DNA of 61,747 bases, the filler included. It is 4 parts of 4 records of this genome, joined end to end, with 100 filler letters (N's around TTAATTAATTAA, not from the genome) between each part and the next. Parts side by side here need not be neighbours in the genome. Positions count along the whole stretch, not along the records: positions 25,526 to 49,295 come from SRR31156797_21678; 3 more parts are not named here. One strand, given 5' to 3'. The translations under genes were made by a program, and so were the position numbers. Shown here piece by piece: positions 36,353-47,610 of this stretch (positions within the stretch are counted from its first letter, which is position 1; each line of letters opens with the position of its first letter). Below the pieces are notes generated by a model. That model was not told where the DNA came from, searched no databases, and saw only the letters and a list, made by a program, of their open reading frames with translations.

Positions 36353-38449
36353 TTAAAGCATGACTTTTCCAAGGGGCTGGATGGTGATTTCCTGAGTGAG
36401 TTCCTGATAGGAAAGCACCGGAAGTTCGTAAAGCTCCAATTCAATCATTTTACGCACATAACGGCGGATATCCATGGAAGTGATCAGTACCGGGCGCGGG
36501 CTGCGGTCTTCCAGTTCACCCACTTCATGAACAAGATTGGTCACGATCTTGGATGAAGTTTCCGGGGGCAGGGCCAGATAGGATCCGGATGAGGTCTGAC
36601 GGATGGCATTGCGGATGGTTTCTTCCACCGAAGGATCAAGCATGTAGGCCGAAAGCACATTCTGTCCGCCGCTGTACTGGTAGCTGATCTGGCGTTTGAG
36701 GGCTGTGCGCACGTATTCGGTGAGCATGACACTGTCTTTTTCTTTTTGTCCCCACTCAATAAATGATTCAAGGATGGTGCGCAGGTTGCGGATGGAAATC
36801 TGTTCCTGCACTAGTCGTTGCAGGATTTCCGCAATTTTCTGTACGGGCATTATCCGCTGCACTTCCTTGACCAGTTCGGAATAACGCTGGTCCATTTGGG
36901 TCAGTAAGTAGCGGGTTTCCTGCATACCGATGAAGGTCTCAGCATGTTTTTTTAGTAGGAAGGAAAGATGAAAGGTCAGTACCTGCGCTGATGGCAGGTA
37001 GGTCATCCCGGCCTTATCCAGCAGCGGGGTCCGTTCCGCTTCCACCCAGATTGATTCCGCTCCGGGCAGAAACTGTTCTCCGGTTTCGTACTTGAAGCCC
37101 ATCATGTCCAGAGAACGGGCCGGCTCGCGGACCAGCACCTGCCCGGCGGGCAGCCAGCCTTTGCTCATGGGGATTTCCTGCAAGAGGATGGTGTAGGAAT
37201 CTTCCTGCATTTCATTGCTGAAACGCAGGTGAATTCCGGGGAAGGGCACTCCGAGATCATAGTAAAGTGCCTTGCGCAGCCGGATCACTTCATCATTGAG
37301 CTGGGCGGCTTTTACATGGGTGCGTACTGACTCGGAAAGGTCGATTATCAGCGGCACGGTGATGGAAAATTCTTCGGTGTCCCGACTTGAACTGCGCGGT
37401 GTGGGACTGTCCCCGGCTGGAGCCATGGCTCTTTCAAGCTGGGCCTCCACGCTTGTTTCTGCTTCCGGTTTGATGTGTTTGCGGTAAAGGATGAATCCGG
37501 TTCCGCCGAGAATGGTTGCCAGCACGATGAATTGCGGCTTGGGGAAACCGGGAATGAGTGCGAAAAGCAGTAGCAATGCACCGCCTATGAGCAGAGCTTT
37601 GGGCTGGGCTAGAAACTGCTTGCCGATTTGTTCGCCGAGGTTCTCGTCCTCTTCTGAGGAAACGCGGGTGACTACGATACCGGCAGTGATGGAGATGAGC
37701 AGGGCCGGTATCTGGGAAACCAGACCGTCGCCGATGGTCAGGATTGCGTAGGTCTGCAATGCTTCGGTTGCGGTCATGCCGTTCTGGGTTATGCCGATGA
37801 CAATACCGCCGAGGATGTTCACCGCAGTGACGATGAATCCGGCAATGGCGTCACCCTTGACGAATTTCATAGCTCCGTCCATAGCCCCGTACATCTGGCT
37901 TTCTTTGGTTACCAGAGAGCGTCGCTTGCGGGCCTCTTCCACATCAATGACCCCGGCACGCATGTCGGCATCAATACTCATCTGCTTACCTGGCATGGCG
38001 TCCAGCGTGAAGCGGGCCGAAACTTCTGCTACACGTTCCGAACCCTTGGCAATGACCAGAAACTGGACAATGGTCAGGATCAGGAAGATGACCGCACCGA
38101 CCACAAAATTTCCGGCAACAACGAAATTACCGAAGGTGTAGATGATTTCACCCGCGTTGGCCTTGAGCAGGATCAGCCTTGTTGTTGAGATGTTCAAGGC
38201 CAGACGGAACAGGGTGGAAAAAAGGAGCATGGACGGGAAGACCGAAAACGAAAGGGCCGAGGGAATGTAGATGGCGACCATGAGCATGACCACTGCCAGC
38301 ATCAGGTTAGAGGCGATCAGACCGTCCACCAGCATGGTGGGCAGGGGAATGATCATCAGCCCGATAATGGCCACGATGAGAAAAGCCAGCGCAATGTCGT
38401 TGTAACGGGTCATGCGCACGACTATGCGTTCCAGTTTATCAAAATGCAT
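36353..38449 (-). CDS. sctV: T3SS export gate (LcrD/YscV)
   Basis: [49 protein letters not shown]. Confidence 0.96.
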   Translation of the reverse strand: MHFDKLERIVVRMTRYNDIALAFLIVAIIGLMIIPLPTMLVDGLIASNLMLAVVMLMVAIYIPSALSFSVFPSMLLFSTLFRLALNISTTRLILLKANAGEIIYTFGNFVVAGNFVVGAVIFLILTIVQFLVIAKGSERVAEVSARFTLDAMPGKQMSIDADMRAGVIDVEEARKRRSLVTKESQMYGAMDGAMKFVKGDAIAGFIVTAVNILGGIVIGITQNGMTATEALQTYAILTIGDGLVSQIPALLISITAGIVVTRVSSEEDENLGEQIGKQFLAQPKALLIGGALLLLFALIPGFPKPQFIVLATILGGTGFILYRKHIKPEAETSVEAQLERAMAPAGDSPTPRSSSRDTEEFSITVPLIIDLSESVRTHVKAAQLNDEVIRLRKALYYDLGVPFPGIHLRFSNEMQEDSYTILLQEIPMSKGWLPAGQVLVREPARSLDMMGFKYETGEQFLPGAESIWVEAERTPLLDKAGMTYLPSAQVLTFHLSFLLKKHAETFIGMQETRYLLTQMDQRYSELVKEVQRIMPVQKIAEILQRLVQEQISIRNLRTILESFIEWGQKEKDSVMLTEYVRTALKRQISYQYSGGQNVLSAYMLDPSVEETIRNAIRQTSSGSYLALPPETSSKIVTNLVHEVGELEDRSPRPVLITSMDIRRYVRKMIELELYELPVLSYQELTQEITIQPLGKVML

Positions 38450-38452
38450 ATT

Positions 38453-38818
38453 TTACCCTTCAGCGGTGCTGGTGGACGTGGTGTTTTTTGTGTTCAATTC
38501 CATAAAAGATTTAATTGCGTCCTCGGCTCTCCGGAGTTCGCCCAGTTCTTTCAAAGCCCCGGCCCGGATGAGCATGGCTATGCGTTCTTGTTCGGGAGAC
38601 GGGGCGCTGGCCAGCCGTTCCCAGAGTCTGATCTGGCCCAATGCTTCTTGATAAAGTCCCTGGGAATGATAAAGGGAGGCCAGCGCACGGGCATTGTATT
38701 CATCTTCCGGGAAAAGTTCCTGCAATCCTTCAAGTAGGGTGCGGGCCTTTTCCGGTTTGCCGTGCTGGATGAACAGATGGGCCAGCAGCTGGATTGATTC
38801 TTTGCTTCCGTGATCCAT
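38453..38818 (-). CDS. sctY: YscY-like TPR chaperone
   Basis: TPR-like helices; positioned between sctX and sctV. Confidence 0.72.
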   Translation of the reverse strand: MDHGSKESIQLLAHLFIQHGKPEKARTLLEGLQELFPEDEYNARALASLYHSQGLYQEALGQIRLWERLASAPSPEQERIAMLIRAGALKELGELRRAEDAIKSFMELNTKNTTSTSTAEG

Positions 38819-38821
38819 GAG

Positions 38822-39205
38822 CTATCCTTTTTGCAGCAGTTGACGATAGGTTGAAAGGAGTTCCTTGAGCTCCGCATCCTCATCAAGCACGTCCGCAGCA
38901 TGGCGCAGGGTGCGGGAATTGTTGTTTCGTGAGGCCGTGCGTAGCTCATCCGCCGCCTGACGGAGTTTGCGGTTGAAAACCGAGGGCAGGAAAAGTTCGC
39001 GGGCCGTGATATCCGGGGTCAGAAAATTCTGCATGGATGCGCCTAGCTTGGGCGCGAAAAGTTTTTCAAGGGAATTGCCCGCTGCTTCGTCTCCGCTGGG
39101 AACCACATGCAGGGAATCTGGCAGTCGGGAGAAGGTTTCGCTTTCCTGCCGGGTGATGCTTTCGATTCCGGTGTTAGGTAAAAATTGGGTATTGATTTTG
39201 GACAT
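38822..39205 (-). CDS. sctX: YscX-like protein
   Basis: C-terminal AADVLDEDAELKELLSTYRQLLQKG; canonical position. Confidence 0.75.
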   Translation of the reverse strand: MSKINTQFLPNTGIESITRQESETFSRLPDSLHVVPSGDEAAGNSLEKLFAPKLGASMQNFLTPDITARELFLPSVFNRKLRQAADELRTASRNNNSRTLRHAADVLDEDAELKELLSTYRQLLQKG

Positions 39206-39216
39206 TTAATATTCCC

Positions 39217-39588
39217 TTATTTTTCAATGACACTGTTGTGCAGTTGTTCCAGCAGATTAAAACACTTATTGATATTGGGCAGTGTAAATTCATTTTCAGC
39301 CATGCGAACCATGAAGATCAGTGTTTCATTGCCTTTCATGCCCGTTTGCACGGTAAACGGATGACCCTGATCATGATGACAGAGCTTGAGGGCTTTCGCC
39401 GGAATATCATCTTCATAAGGAGGGATCTTGCGGGCAAGATAGATGAGCATTTCATCCTTGCCCAGCTCAAGGTAAAGGGTGCCCAGCTGCTCAATCTCAA
39501 GGGTTGCGCTGCCTTGCGGGTCCAGAGTCAGCCCATCCAGCCCAAGGGATCTGCCGAATTCATTTAAAGTATGTGCTGTTATGCTCAT
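39217..39588 (-). CDS. sycN: SycN-like gatekeeper chaperone
   Basis: EFGRSLGLDGL...LGTLYLE; directly after sctW. Confidence 0.8.
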   Translation of the reverse strand: MSITAHTLNEFGRSLGLDGLTLDPQGSATLEIEQLGTLYLELGKDEMLIYLARKIPPYEDDIPAKALKLCHHDQGHPFTVQTGMKGNETLIFMVRMAENEFTLPNINKCFNLLEQLHNSVIEK

Positions 39589-40683
39589 TTAGAACTCCAT
39601 TTCTTCTTCGCGGTCGATGGCGTCATCCAGCAAGTCTTGAATGGCATCCAGCAGGTTGTAGCGTTTGTCAGTATCGTTGAAAATTTTATGCGGCAGCTTG
39701 CGTACATTGTTTTTCAGCCCCTGTAGGAATTGTACATCACAGGGTGGGTTTTCCGAAACCAGAAAGGGCATTACTGCGGTCAGCTGTGAACTTTGTACGA
39801 AATTTTCATCCTTCAAACGTAGCACCGGACTCATGATGTCCTGCGGCTTGGCTCGGTCCACTTGCTTTCCGCAGAATTCTACCAGCCGCTCCAGCAGTTT
39901 TTCACTATCGGTGTAGAAATTTTTGAGCACTTCCAACATGTACAGATCATCCAAGATATTCTTCATCTGGGACATGGTGGTGGAGGGCGTGGTTGCGGCC
40001 ATATCCGCACTGAGGGCCCGGATTAAGAATTCTATTGCACTCGGGAATTCCGCCGCACCGTATCTTTCCGCAAGTTTGTCAAAGGCCTGTGTGAAACTCT
40101 GGTAGTCAAGCACCGTGCCCCGGTAGAGGGAGCGCAGGGCTCCTTGATCTCCAAGGAAAGCATCTCCTTTGATTCCGGCGATGTTGTATCCGGCCCGTAC
40201 AGCCGGGCCTTCCTGCTCCATTAGTTCCGTAAGCGCTTTTTCTACCAGTGTCCGCGCTTCCGGACTGGATTCGCCGAGCATCTCTTTGGCGTAGCTGAGC
40301 ATGGCGTGGCGGTGGGTGGGGTCTTTTACATCCCCAAGCAACCGATTCAGGTTACGGGTTGTCGCCTCCTGTTTCATGGCATCCAGAAAACGTTCCAGAT
40401 CGGACTTTTCAAGGTCACCCAGTTTCTCGAGCAGCTTTTCGACCCTTTCAAAACGTTCTGCGGATCCCTTTTCCTCGCGCAGCTTGCGTTCGCTGATTTT
40501 TTTCTCCTGCGTTTCCTGCGCCGAAAAAGTCAGCTCTTCCGCAGCATCTGCCAGTAAAGACATGGCATTGGGCTGTACGCTGACTTGTCGTCCATTAAGG
40601 TTGCCTGATGTCTGTTCCGTGCCTTCCGAACCGGAAGTCTGAAACAATTGCGGCTGAAAATTTCCGTCGATTCTAGTACTCAT
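39589..40683 (-). CDS. sctW: T3SS gatekeeper (YopN-TyeA fusion type)
   Basis: LADAAEELTF, VRAGYN, LRSLYR, ALSADM; C-terminal TyeA-like LPHKIF...LDDAIDREE. Confidence 0.9.
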   Translation of the reverse strand: MSTRIDGNFQPQLFQTSGSEGTEQTSGNLNGRQVSVQPNAMSLLADAAEELTFSAQETQEKKISERKLREEKGSAERFERVEKLLEKLGDLEKSDLERFLDAMKQEATTRNLNRLLGDVKDPTHRHAMLSYAKEMLGESSPEARTLVEKALTELMEQEGPAVRAGYNIAGIKGDAFLGDQGALRSLYRGTVLDYQSFTQAFDKLAERYGAAEFPSAIEFLIRALSADMAATTPSTTMSQMKNILDDLYMLEVLKNFYTDSEKLLERLVEFCGKQVDRAKPQDIMSPVLRLKDENFVQSSQLTAVMPFLVSENPPCDVQFLQGLKNNVRKLPHKIFNDTDKRYNLLDAIQDLLDDAIDREEEMEF

Positions 40684-40685
40684 AA

Positions 40686-41744
40686 TTAATATGCCGGCTT
40701 GGTTACTTCTTCCACCCACTTGAGAACTTCAGCGATAGGTTCAATGAGTTCCGAGGGGATGTATTCCATGAGTGTTCCCTGATCATAGAGATCGCGGGCA
40801 AGGGGCACGTTGCGCATGATCGGCACCCCCGCCTCCTGTGCCACTTGAATCATGCGTTGGGCTAGCATGTCCGTGCCCATGGCGGTGATCAGCGGCAGGT
40901 CGGTTTCGTCCTTGTCGTAGAGAACGGCAATGGCGATATGGGTCGGGTTGGTGATCAGCACCGAGGCGTTGCGTACCTTTTCCATGGAATCGTTCATCAC
41001 CATCTCCTGATGTATCTGCTTACGCTGGGACTTGATGTGCGGGTCTCCTTCCATTTCTTTGAATTCCCGCATGACCTCATCTTTGGTCATCATCAATTCT
41101 TTGGTATGCAGTTTACGTTGCAATATGTAATCCACTACCGAGATCGTCACATAGGTTGCTCCGGTGTAGATAACCACCCGTTGTATTATTTCAGCTAGCG
41201 CGCCCATAATTCCTTCCAGTCCGCCGATGGGTGCCTTGACCAGCCCGTCCATCGAATCGAGGATGATCCAGCGCAAAAGCAGGACCAGAAATATTATTTT
41301 AAACAGCGACTTGCCGAACTCCAGCAGGTTCTTTTTGGCAAAAACTTTTTTGAACCATTGCTGGGGATTGATCTTGTTCAGATCCGGCTTGATGGATTCG
41401 AAGCTGAACAGGAATCCGATTTGCATCACTGTTCCCAGTACCGCGGCCACAATGACCAGTAGCATAAGCGGTATACAAAGCAGTGCAAACTTTATTGCCA
41501 CCAGGCCCATGATGTTGCCAAGGGCCTGCTTAAAGGGCTGGTGCATGAAAACTATGGGGGCCTCCAGCATCTGCAGGAGATTGCCGAGCACAAAATCCCA
41601 GCCGCCCCAAAGGTAGGCGAAGACCGCTAGCACCACAGCGGTGGAGCCTATCTCCTGACTTTTGGCAACCTGACCCTTTTTGCGTGCATCGCGTACCTTT
41701 TTCGGGGTCGGTTGTTCTGTTTTTTCTCCGGCCTGCTGACTCAT
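40686..41744 (-). CDS. sctU: T3SS export apparatus switch protein
   Basis: GEKTEQPTPKK, KEMEGDP, autocleavage site NPTH. Confidence 0.95.
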   Translation of the reverse strand: MSQQAGEKTEQPTPKKVRDARKKGQVAKSQEIGSTAVVLAVFAYLWGGWDFVLGNLLQMLEAPIVFMHQPFKQALGNIMGLVAIKFALLCIPLMLLVIVAAVLGTVMQIGFLFSFESIKPDLNKINPQQWFKKVFAKKNLLEFGKSLFKIIFLVLLLRWIILDSMDGLVKAPIGGLEGIMGALAEIIQRVVIYTGATYVTISVVDYILQRKLHTKELMMTKDEVMREFKEMEGDPHIKSQRKQIHQEMVMNDSMEKVRNASVLITNPTHIAIAVLYDKDETDLPLITAMGTDMLAQRMIQVAQEAGVPIMRNVPLARDLYDQGTLMEYIPSELIEPIAEVLKWVEEVTKPAY

Positions 41745-42526
41745 CTGAATGCTTCCTGCAGATAGTCGAACATGTTGTGCATCCCGTCGATGCGGTGTTT
41801 GAAGATGTCCATGAGTACGGAAGCGTATAATATCAGAATGAATATGGCCAAACCACTTTTAATGGGCATGGACAGGAAAAATACGTTTAATTGCGGGGCA
41901 AAACGGTTGATCAGTCCCAGCCCGAGATCGGTGAGGAAACAGACGATGAGTATCGGGCCGGCCAGCACAAGAACCATGCGGGCGAAAATGTCGATCTGGG
42001 AGATGAACAGGTTGATCAGTGTGGTGCTTTCAAGATTGGGGGCGAAGGAGAATACCGGCCAGGTGGCATAGCTGTGCATGAGAAAACCGATGAAAGCCAC
42101 AAAGGCCCCGGAGGTGAAAAAAAGCATGGTCACGGTCTGAAAAAACAGGCTGCCCAGAGGAGAGGATTGCTGTCCGGAAAGCGGGTCCACTGAACTCGCC
42201 ATGGAGGAACCTCGCTGGTTGTCGATGAGAAACCCCACGCTGTCTGCAATCCAGAAGAGCATGCCCAGCAGGAAACCGATGATCACACCGATGACGATTT
42301 CTTTGAACATGAGCAGGAACAGCCTTGGGGAAAGCGTCAGCTCTTCCGGAGCACCTCCTGCAACAATAGGGAAAACCAGAAGCACGAGAGTCATGGCAAT
42401 GGCATTGCGCAGGGAGCCGGGAACAGCCTGTCCCCCGAGGAAAGGCGCGGTGCGGAATGCCGCCACAATGCGGGCCATACAGAGTATGAATATGAAGAGC
42501 GGGCTGATTATGTCCTGTCCCATCAT
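41741..42526 (-). CDS. sctT: T3SS export apparatus subunit
   Basis: GFLIDNQRG, RFAPQLNVFFLSMPIKS. Confidence 0.94.
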   Translation of the reverse strand: MMGQDIISPLFIFILCMARIVAAFRTAPFLGGQAVPGSLRNAIAMTLVLLVFPIVAGGAPEELTLSPRLFLLMFKEIVIGVIIGFLLGMLFWIADSVGFLIDNQRGSSMASSVDPLSGQQSSPLGSLFFQTVTMLFFTSGAFVAFIGFLMHSYATWPVFSFAPNLESTTLINLFISQIDIFARMVLVLAGPILIVCFLTDLGLGLINRFAPQLNVFFLSMPIKSGLAIFILILYASVLMDIFKHRIDGMHNMFDYLQEAFR

Positions 42527-42545
42527 GACCTCATGCCGTCCCGGC

Positions 42546-42815
42546 CTATTGCACAAGTACCGGGAAGGAGGTGAACAGTTTCAACGCGAAATTGAATATT
42601 TCCCCACCCAGCCATCCTGCGGTAAGGGCGATGGTTACGGTCACCCCGATGAGCTTAATGGCAAAGGACAGGGTCTGTTCCTGAATCTGGGTCAGGGCCT
42701 GCAAAAAGCTAACGATCAGTCCGGTCAGCGAAGCTACTATGATCGGCGGCATGGAAAGCATGAGCACTAGAATTAGAGCCTGTAGGGTGTAATCAAGGAT
42801 TGATGACTGCGGCAT
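42546..42815 (-). CDS. sctS: T3SS export apparatus subunit
   Basis: QALTQIQEQTLSFAIKL. Confidence 0.95.
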   Translation of the reverse strand: MPQSSILDYTLQALILVLMLSMPPIIVASLTGLIVSFLQALTQIQEQTLSFAIKLIGVTVTIALTAGWLGGEIFNFALKLFTSFPVLVQ

Positions 42816-42820
42816 AAGCG

Positions 42821-43474
42821 TTACCTATAGCTCAGGACAAGGCCTTGAACCAGTTTACCCCAGCCGTCCAGCAGCACAAAAAGCAGCAGCTTGAAGGGCA
42901 GGGAGATTGTCATCGGCGAAACCATCATCATGCCCATGGCGAGCAGGATGTTCGATATTATGAGGTCGATGGCGATGAACGGCAGGTAGAGCAGGAAGCC
43001 GATCTCAAATGCGCGGGTCAGCTCGCTGACTGTGAATGTGGGGATTAAGATGGCGAAATCATTCTTGTTCAGCTTGTCCGCCTGTTTTTTGGGCCAGAGT
43101 TTGCGTGCTGTTTTCATGAAAAATTCTCCGGTCTTGGGATCGGAATGCTTCATGAGGAAGTCTTTAAACGGGCCTTTGACTTTGTTGCCCACCTCAACGA
43201 ATTCACTTGGCGAGGAGGGCAGTTTATTTATATTCATTTCTTCCAGCTTATCCCAGGTGCCGTACATGACTGGGGCCATGATGAACACGGAGAGGATCAG
43301 GGCCAGCCCGTTGAGGACCATGTTTGGTGGCACCTGCTGCACCCCCAGTGCGTTGCGCACCAGCGAAAGCACTATGACTAGCTTGACGTAGGAGGTGGTC
43401 ATCATGACTACGAAAGGAGCTAGTGAAAGTATTAGCAGGGCCCCGATAAGCAGGATGGGATCGTACTGGACCAT
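42821..43474 (-). CDS. sctR: T3SS export apparatus subunit
   Basis: RNALGVQQVPPN, AMGMMMVSPMTISLPFKLLLFV. Confidence 0.96.
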   Translation of the reverse strand: MVQYDPILLIGALLILSLAPFVVMMTTSYVKLVIVLSLVRNALGVQQVPPNMVLNGLALILSVFIMAPVMYGTWDKLEEMNINKLPSSPSEFVEVGNKVKGPFKDFLMKHSDPKTGEFFMKTARKLWPKKQADKLNKNDFAILIPTFTVSELTRAFEIGFLLYLPFIAIDLIISNILLAMGMMMVSPMTISLPFKLLLFVLLDGWGKLVQGLVLSYR

Positions 43475-43479
43475 TGGGG

Positions 43480-44550
43480 TTAATCTCCCTTGTTTTCCAT
43501 GCCGATGGTGAGCACCCGTACTCCGGCCTTTCCACCAATATCAACCAGTTCTCCAGTGCCGATGGTCTTGCCGTTCACGCTGAGTTTAATGGGCGCGTCA
43601 AGGAGCGTGGTGGTTTCCAGCACATAGCCGGGACGGATTGTTTCCAGTTCTTCTACGCTGACGGTCAGGGTGTCCAGTTCAAACCGCAGGGGGATCTCAA
43701 GACTTTTAAGGTCAGTTTTTGCGGTAGAGTTGTCGGAAGTTGCGTTTACTTTGCGTTCATCAAGTTCTGTGCTCATGATATATTCCTGTACGCTGATGGT
43801 TGTCTTGTTCAGAGTGCCGCGCAGGGCGCGGCCATTTTCAATACGGATGAGAACCGTATTGTCTCGGATCGGGTGGTAAAGGTCGGGGATGATTATGTCA
43901 CCGGGAGTCACCGAGAAAAGTTCACGCAGGGAAAGTTTTACTTCTCCCGCCTCCACTTTGAGCCGCAGGGGCAGTTTTCGTGTCCAGCCCGTTTGTGTTG
44001 CCGGAACGCCCTTTGTTTCGAAAAGACGGGCCAGCTGTTCTTCAGCTTCTGTTGTCTCCCCGGTTAGGGTCAGTGCGCCTTCCACATGGTAGCCGTCACT
44101 TGTCCGCTCAAGCCTGAAGAAGAGGGCTTCATCCAGACCTTCCACATTTTCTTCTTCCAGCAGGACGCTGGTGATTGTCACCGGGCGCCCGGACGCTTTT
44201 TCAAGATTATCGAGAATTTCTTCCAGCAATGCTTCGCAGGCTGCGCCGAGGAGTTCTTCGGCAACGTTTTCCAGTCGCGCGGTATCCATTTTGATGTCCA
44301 GCCAATCCAGCGGAAGAGCGTGGCTGAGGAATAAAATGGTTTCAGCTCGTCCCCAGTTACCGTAAGCCCGGAAATTCCAGAGTGTGGAACTTGGGCGGGC
44401 AATGGGCTGCATCTGCCAGTGCTCTCCGCCTAGGCTGAGAAGTCCATGGCTGATTCTGCTGTGCATGCGGTTCTGCCAGCGCACGTTACCGGGACTCAAT
44501 TGCGGCAAGTCTACAGCGCGGGTTTTAATTTTATTTGGTCCATGGATCAT
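43480..44550 (-). CDS. sctQ: T3SS sorting-platform/C-ring protein
   Basis: Two SpoA domains; C-terminal VNGKTIGTGELVDIGGKAGVRV. Confidence 0.9.
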   Translation of the reverse strand: MIHGPNKIKTRAVDLPQLSPGNVRWQNRMHSRISHGLLSLGGEHWQMQPIARPSSTLWNFRAYGNWGRAETILFLSHALPLDWLDIKMDTARLENVAEELLGAACEALLEEILDNLEKASGRPVTITSVLLEEENVEGLDEALFFRLERTSDGYHVEGALTLTGETTEAEEQLARLFETKGVPATQTGWTRKLPLRLKVEAGEVKLSLRELFSVTPGDIIIPDLYHPIRDNTVLIRIENGRALRGTLNKTTISVQEYIMSTELDERKVNATSDNSTAKTDLKSLEIPLRFELDTLTVSVEELETIRPGYVLETTTLLDAPIKLSVNGKTIGTGELVDIGGKAGVRVLTIGMENKGD

Positions 44551-44553
44551 GGC

Positions 44554-45177
44554 TTAAATTTCTTCACTTTCTTCGTAGAGGTTGCGCTGCTGGCGGGAGC
44601 GTCCGTCCTGTGTGTCGCCGTCAGTCGTCCGGGAAAATTCCACCCCGACAGTCACCTGTCCGCTGAGTTTCTGGGAAAGATGGGTTTGTAGTCCGTTATG
44701 CTGCTCCGCAAGGAAACGGTAGGAGTTGTTGTCTGTTGTCAGCAGGTTAACCTGCAGCTTGCCCCCTTCGCGGGACATGTGGATTTCCGTTCCGGGCAGT
44801 ATTTCATTACTCAAGGTGATGCGTACTTCCTGTTTTGCGGAATTCTGGGGATCGGAAACAAGGATGCGGTCCACGATGTTGCGGGCAGTACTGTTCAGCT
44901 GTTCGGCTCCTTCATCCATGCCGGACGGTTTGCCCTGCAATCCGCGCAAAATGGCATCTCCGCCAAAGGGGGAAGCCTGTTGCAACAGCCCTTCGGTTTT
45001 GGATTGCTGCTGCCCGTGATCCTCTCGTTTGTTTTTCTTTTGTTCCCGGCGCATGGAATCGCGGAATCTGTCCACATCCTGACGCGGGGCTTCTGCCGAT
45101 TGTCCGGTGGGCTGTCCGCTTTCCTGCTTGGGGGCGGTTTCCGCACTGCGTGGCGGTGTTTGTTCTACTTTTTTCAT
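44554..45177 (-). CDS. sctP: Needle-length ruler (YscP/FliK-like T3S4 domain)
   Basis: Low-complexity N-terminus; IVDRILVS...ILPGTEI...LQV; C-terminal DGRSRQ. Confidence 0.8.
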   Translation of the reverse strand: MKKVEQTPPRSAETAPKQESGQPTGQSAEAPRQDVDRFRDSMRREQKKNKREDHGQQQSKTEGLLQQASPFGGDAILRGLQGKPSGMDEGAEQLNSTARNIVDRILVSDPQNSAKQEVRITLSNEILPGTEIHMSREGGKLQVNLLTTDNNSYRFLAEQHNGLQTHLSQKLSGQVTVGVEFSRTTDGDTQDGRSRQQRNLYEESEEI

Positions 45178-45668
45178 CAATCTTCCCCCTCGTATATAAA
45201 TTCCGGTCGGTTGCCTGTGTACTCTTCAAGTTCCAGGTCTTCGGCCCGTTCCATGAGCAGTCGCTGTTCCCTATCCCAGTGCTGGTTATGCTCCTCAATT
45301 TTCCGCTTGCCGCGCATGGCTTCGAGGCGTCTTCTGCGGGCTTCTTCCAGAGCACGTTTGCAATCCTCAATCTGTTTGCGGGCTGCGATAATTTTTTCTT
45401 CCTGTTTTAATTCCCGGCCGCGTAGGGATTGCAGTTGCAGCTTGTATTCATCAATCTCTTTAAGTTGGACTTTAGTACCTTTGATCTCCTGAAAAAGTTT
45501 TTCCTCCTCGGAAAGCCTCCATTTTGTGTACTCTGCCAGCTTATCCTTGCGCCGCTGCAATGTTTCTTTGGCCTCTTTTAACTCGTGGGTGCAGCGGTTT
45601 ACTTCATTTTCAGCCGTTTCTTCACGCAGTTTTCGCACCTTGAGTAGTTTTTGCAACGGATAGCCCAT
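45177..45668 (-). CDS. sctO: T3SS stalk protein
   Basis: Charged coiled coil YPLQKLLKVRKLRE...ELEE, directly after sctN. Confidence 0.85.
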   Translation of the reverse strand: MGYPLQKLLKVRKLREETAENEVNRCTHELKEAKETLQRRKDKLAEYTKWRLSEEEKLFQEIKGTKVQLKEIDEYKLQLQSLRGRELKQEEKIIAARKQIEDCKRALEEARRRRLEAMRGKRKIEEHNQHWDREQRLLMERAEDLELEEYTGNRPEFIYEGED

Positions 45669-46984
45669 TACCCGGCAATATCCCTGAGATCGCGCAGGGT
45701 CTCATTAATATTTGAACGCTCATCAAGACCTTGTTTCAGAAAAGAGTTGATGCGTCCGATTTTGTTAATGGCCTCATCAGCTTCCGCGTCCGCTCCCTGT
45801 CGGTATTCACCGATCTGGACCAACAGTTCCACCTCATTGTATTTTGCCATGAGCGAGCGCATTTTTCCTGCGTCCGCACGGTGTTCCGGGCTAGTGACGG
45901 CGTTCATTACCCGGCTGGTGCTTTGCAGCACGTCAATGGCCGGATAGTGGTTTGCCGCAGCCAGTTTGCGCGAGAGGATGATGTGTCCGTCTAGGATGGA
46001 GCGGGTTTCATCGGCAATGGGTTCGGTCATGTCGTCTCCTTCAACCAGCACGGTGTAAAGGGCGGTGATGGAACCGGTGTCTGAGTTTCCGGCCCGTTCC
46101 ATAAGTTTGGGCAGGCTGGAGAAAACCGAAGGCGGGAAGCCGCGCCGTGTGGGCGGTTCCCCGGCGGCAAGGCCGATCTCACGCAGGGCGCGTCCGAAAC
46201 GGGTCACCGAATCCATAAGGAGCAGGACCCGCTTGCCCTGATCTCGGAAAAATTCTGCAATGGCCGTAGCAACATAGGAAGCCTTGAGCCGTTCCATGGC
46301 CGAGCGGTCCGAGGTGGAAACCACCAGCACGGATTTTTTCAGCCCTTCCGGTCCGAGATCATGTTCGATGAATTCACGTACTTCACGGCCACGTTCACCC
46401 ACCAGTGCCAGCACAGTTACATCCACATCAGCGCCCTTGACCAGACAGGAGAGCAGGGTGGATTTACCGCCGCCTGCCGCCGCGAAAATACCCATACGCT
46501 GCCCTTCGCCACAGGTAAGTAAGCCGTCAATGGAGCGGATACCCAGCTCCAGCGGGCGGTCAATGATTCTGCGGGTCATTGGATTGGGCGGGTCGGCATA
46601 GACCGGGTAGAAATCTTCGGCCACCAGCTTGGGGCCGCCGTCCAGCGGATTGCCCAGTCCGTCCAGCACCCGGCCTAAGAGGCTGCTGCCCACTGGAACC
46701 ATGTGCATAGAGCCGGACGGAATTACTTCTGTTGCTGCAGAAACGCCCTGAATATCGCCCAGCGGAGTCAAGAGAGCCGCCTCCTTGGAAAAACCGACCA
46801 CCTCAGCTTTGAGTTTCCAATCATCCCACGGGTTGACCAGTGTGCATATTTCTCCGATATGCACACCCGGAATCACCGCTTTGATGATGGTCCCGACAAC
46901 TTGCACAACTCTGCCTTTGACTTCCACCGGGGAGTCGCTACGCAGGGCTTCGTTGAGGATTTCCGGGATATATTCAAAGCTCAT
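45668..46984 (-). CDS. sctN: T3SS ATPase
   Basis: [41 protein letters not shown]. Confidence 0.97.
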   Translation of the reverse strand: MSFEYIPEILNEALRSDSPVEVKGRVVQVVGTIIKAVIPGVHIGEICTLVNPWDDWKLKAEVVGFSKEAALLTPLGDIQGVSAATEVIPSGSMHMVPVGSSLLGRVLDGLGNPLDGGPKLVAEDFYPVYADPPNPMTRRIIDRPLELGIRSIDGLLTCGEGQRMGIFAAAGGGKSTLLSCLVKGADVDVTVLALVGERGREVREFIEHDLGPEGLKKSVLVVSTSDRSAMERLKASYVATAIAEFFRDQGKRVLLLMDSVTRFGRALREIGLAAGEPPTRRGFPPSVFSSLPKLMERAGNSDTGSITALYTVLVEGDDMTEPIADETRSILDGHIILSRKLAAANHYPAIDVLQSTSRVMNAVTSPEHRADAGKMRSLMAKYNEVELLVQIGEYRQGADAEADEAINKIGRINSFLKQGLDERSNINETLRDLRDIAG

Positions 46985-47610
46985 CAGGATTTGTCCTTGC
47001 TGAGGTGTTTTAAAAAAGAATTTTCAATTCCGGCCAGTTGGGTTTCCAGCCCAGCGTCAATGACTCCGATATCGCTTTCCAGCGTGCAGCCCCCTTTTTC
47101 CAGTCGCGCATCGGAAACCACATCCAGAAAGTCGATGCCGGGATAGTCGCGGCGGTAATCCAGGATTTTATCGCGGACCGTGTTGTATTCCTCCGGGCTG
47201 ACCCGGATGATGACTTTTTTTTGGCCCCGGAAATAGCTGACCGCCTTATGAACGACCTTGGTGATCCGTTCCTCATCGTCCATGCCGTCAATGAGCTTGC
47301 GCAGGGATTGTATGACAATATCTACAATGGTGATTTCCATACGTTCAAGGTAATCCACGCTGCTCGAGACATGGTCGATCATACGTTCTGCCATTTCCAT
47401 TTTGGCTTCCAGCAATCCGTCCTGATAGCCGCGTTCCTTTTCTCGATCATATTCCTGCCGCGCTTTTTCCATGATCTGTTCTGCGCGCCGGGAGGCTTCG
47501 GTAAGAATGTCCTGTGCCTGCACGAGGTCGGAGTATTCATCAGCCTTGATGACTTTGCGGCCCGGTTTGGGCTGGACGGTATCTTTTACTATGCGAAACA
47601 CGGAGCCCAT
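46984..47610 (-). CDS. sctL: T3SS stator (YscL/HrpE)
   Basis: [32 protein letters not shown] before ATG 47610. Confidence 0.9.
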   Translation of the reverse strand: MGSVFRIVKDTVQPKPGRKVIKADEYSDLVQAQDILTEASRRAEQIMEKARQEYDREKERGYQDGLLEAKMEMAERMIDHVSSSVDYLERMEITIVDIVIQSLRKLIDGMDDEERITKVVHKAVSYFRGQKKVIIRVSPEEYNTVRDKILDYRRDYPGIDFLDVVSDARLEKGGCTLESDIGVIDAGLETQLAGIENSFLKHLSKDKS

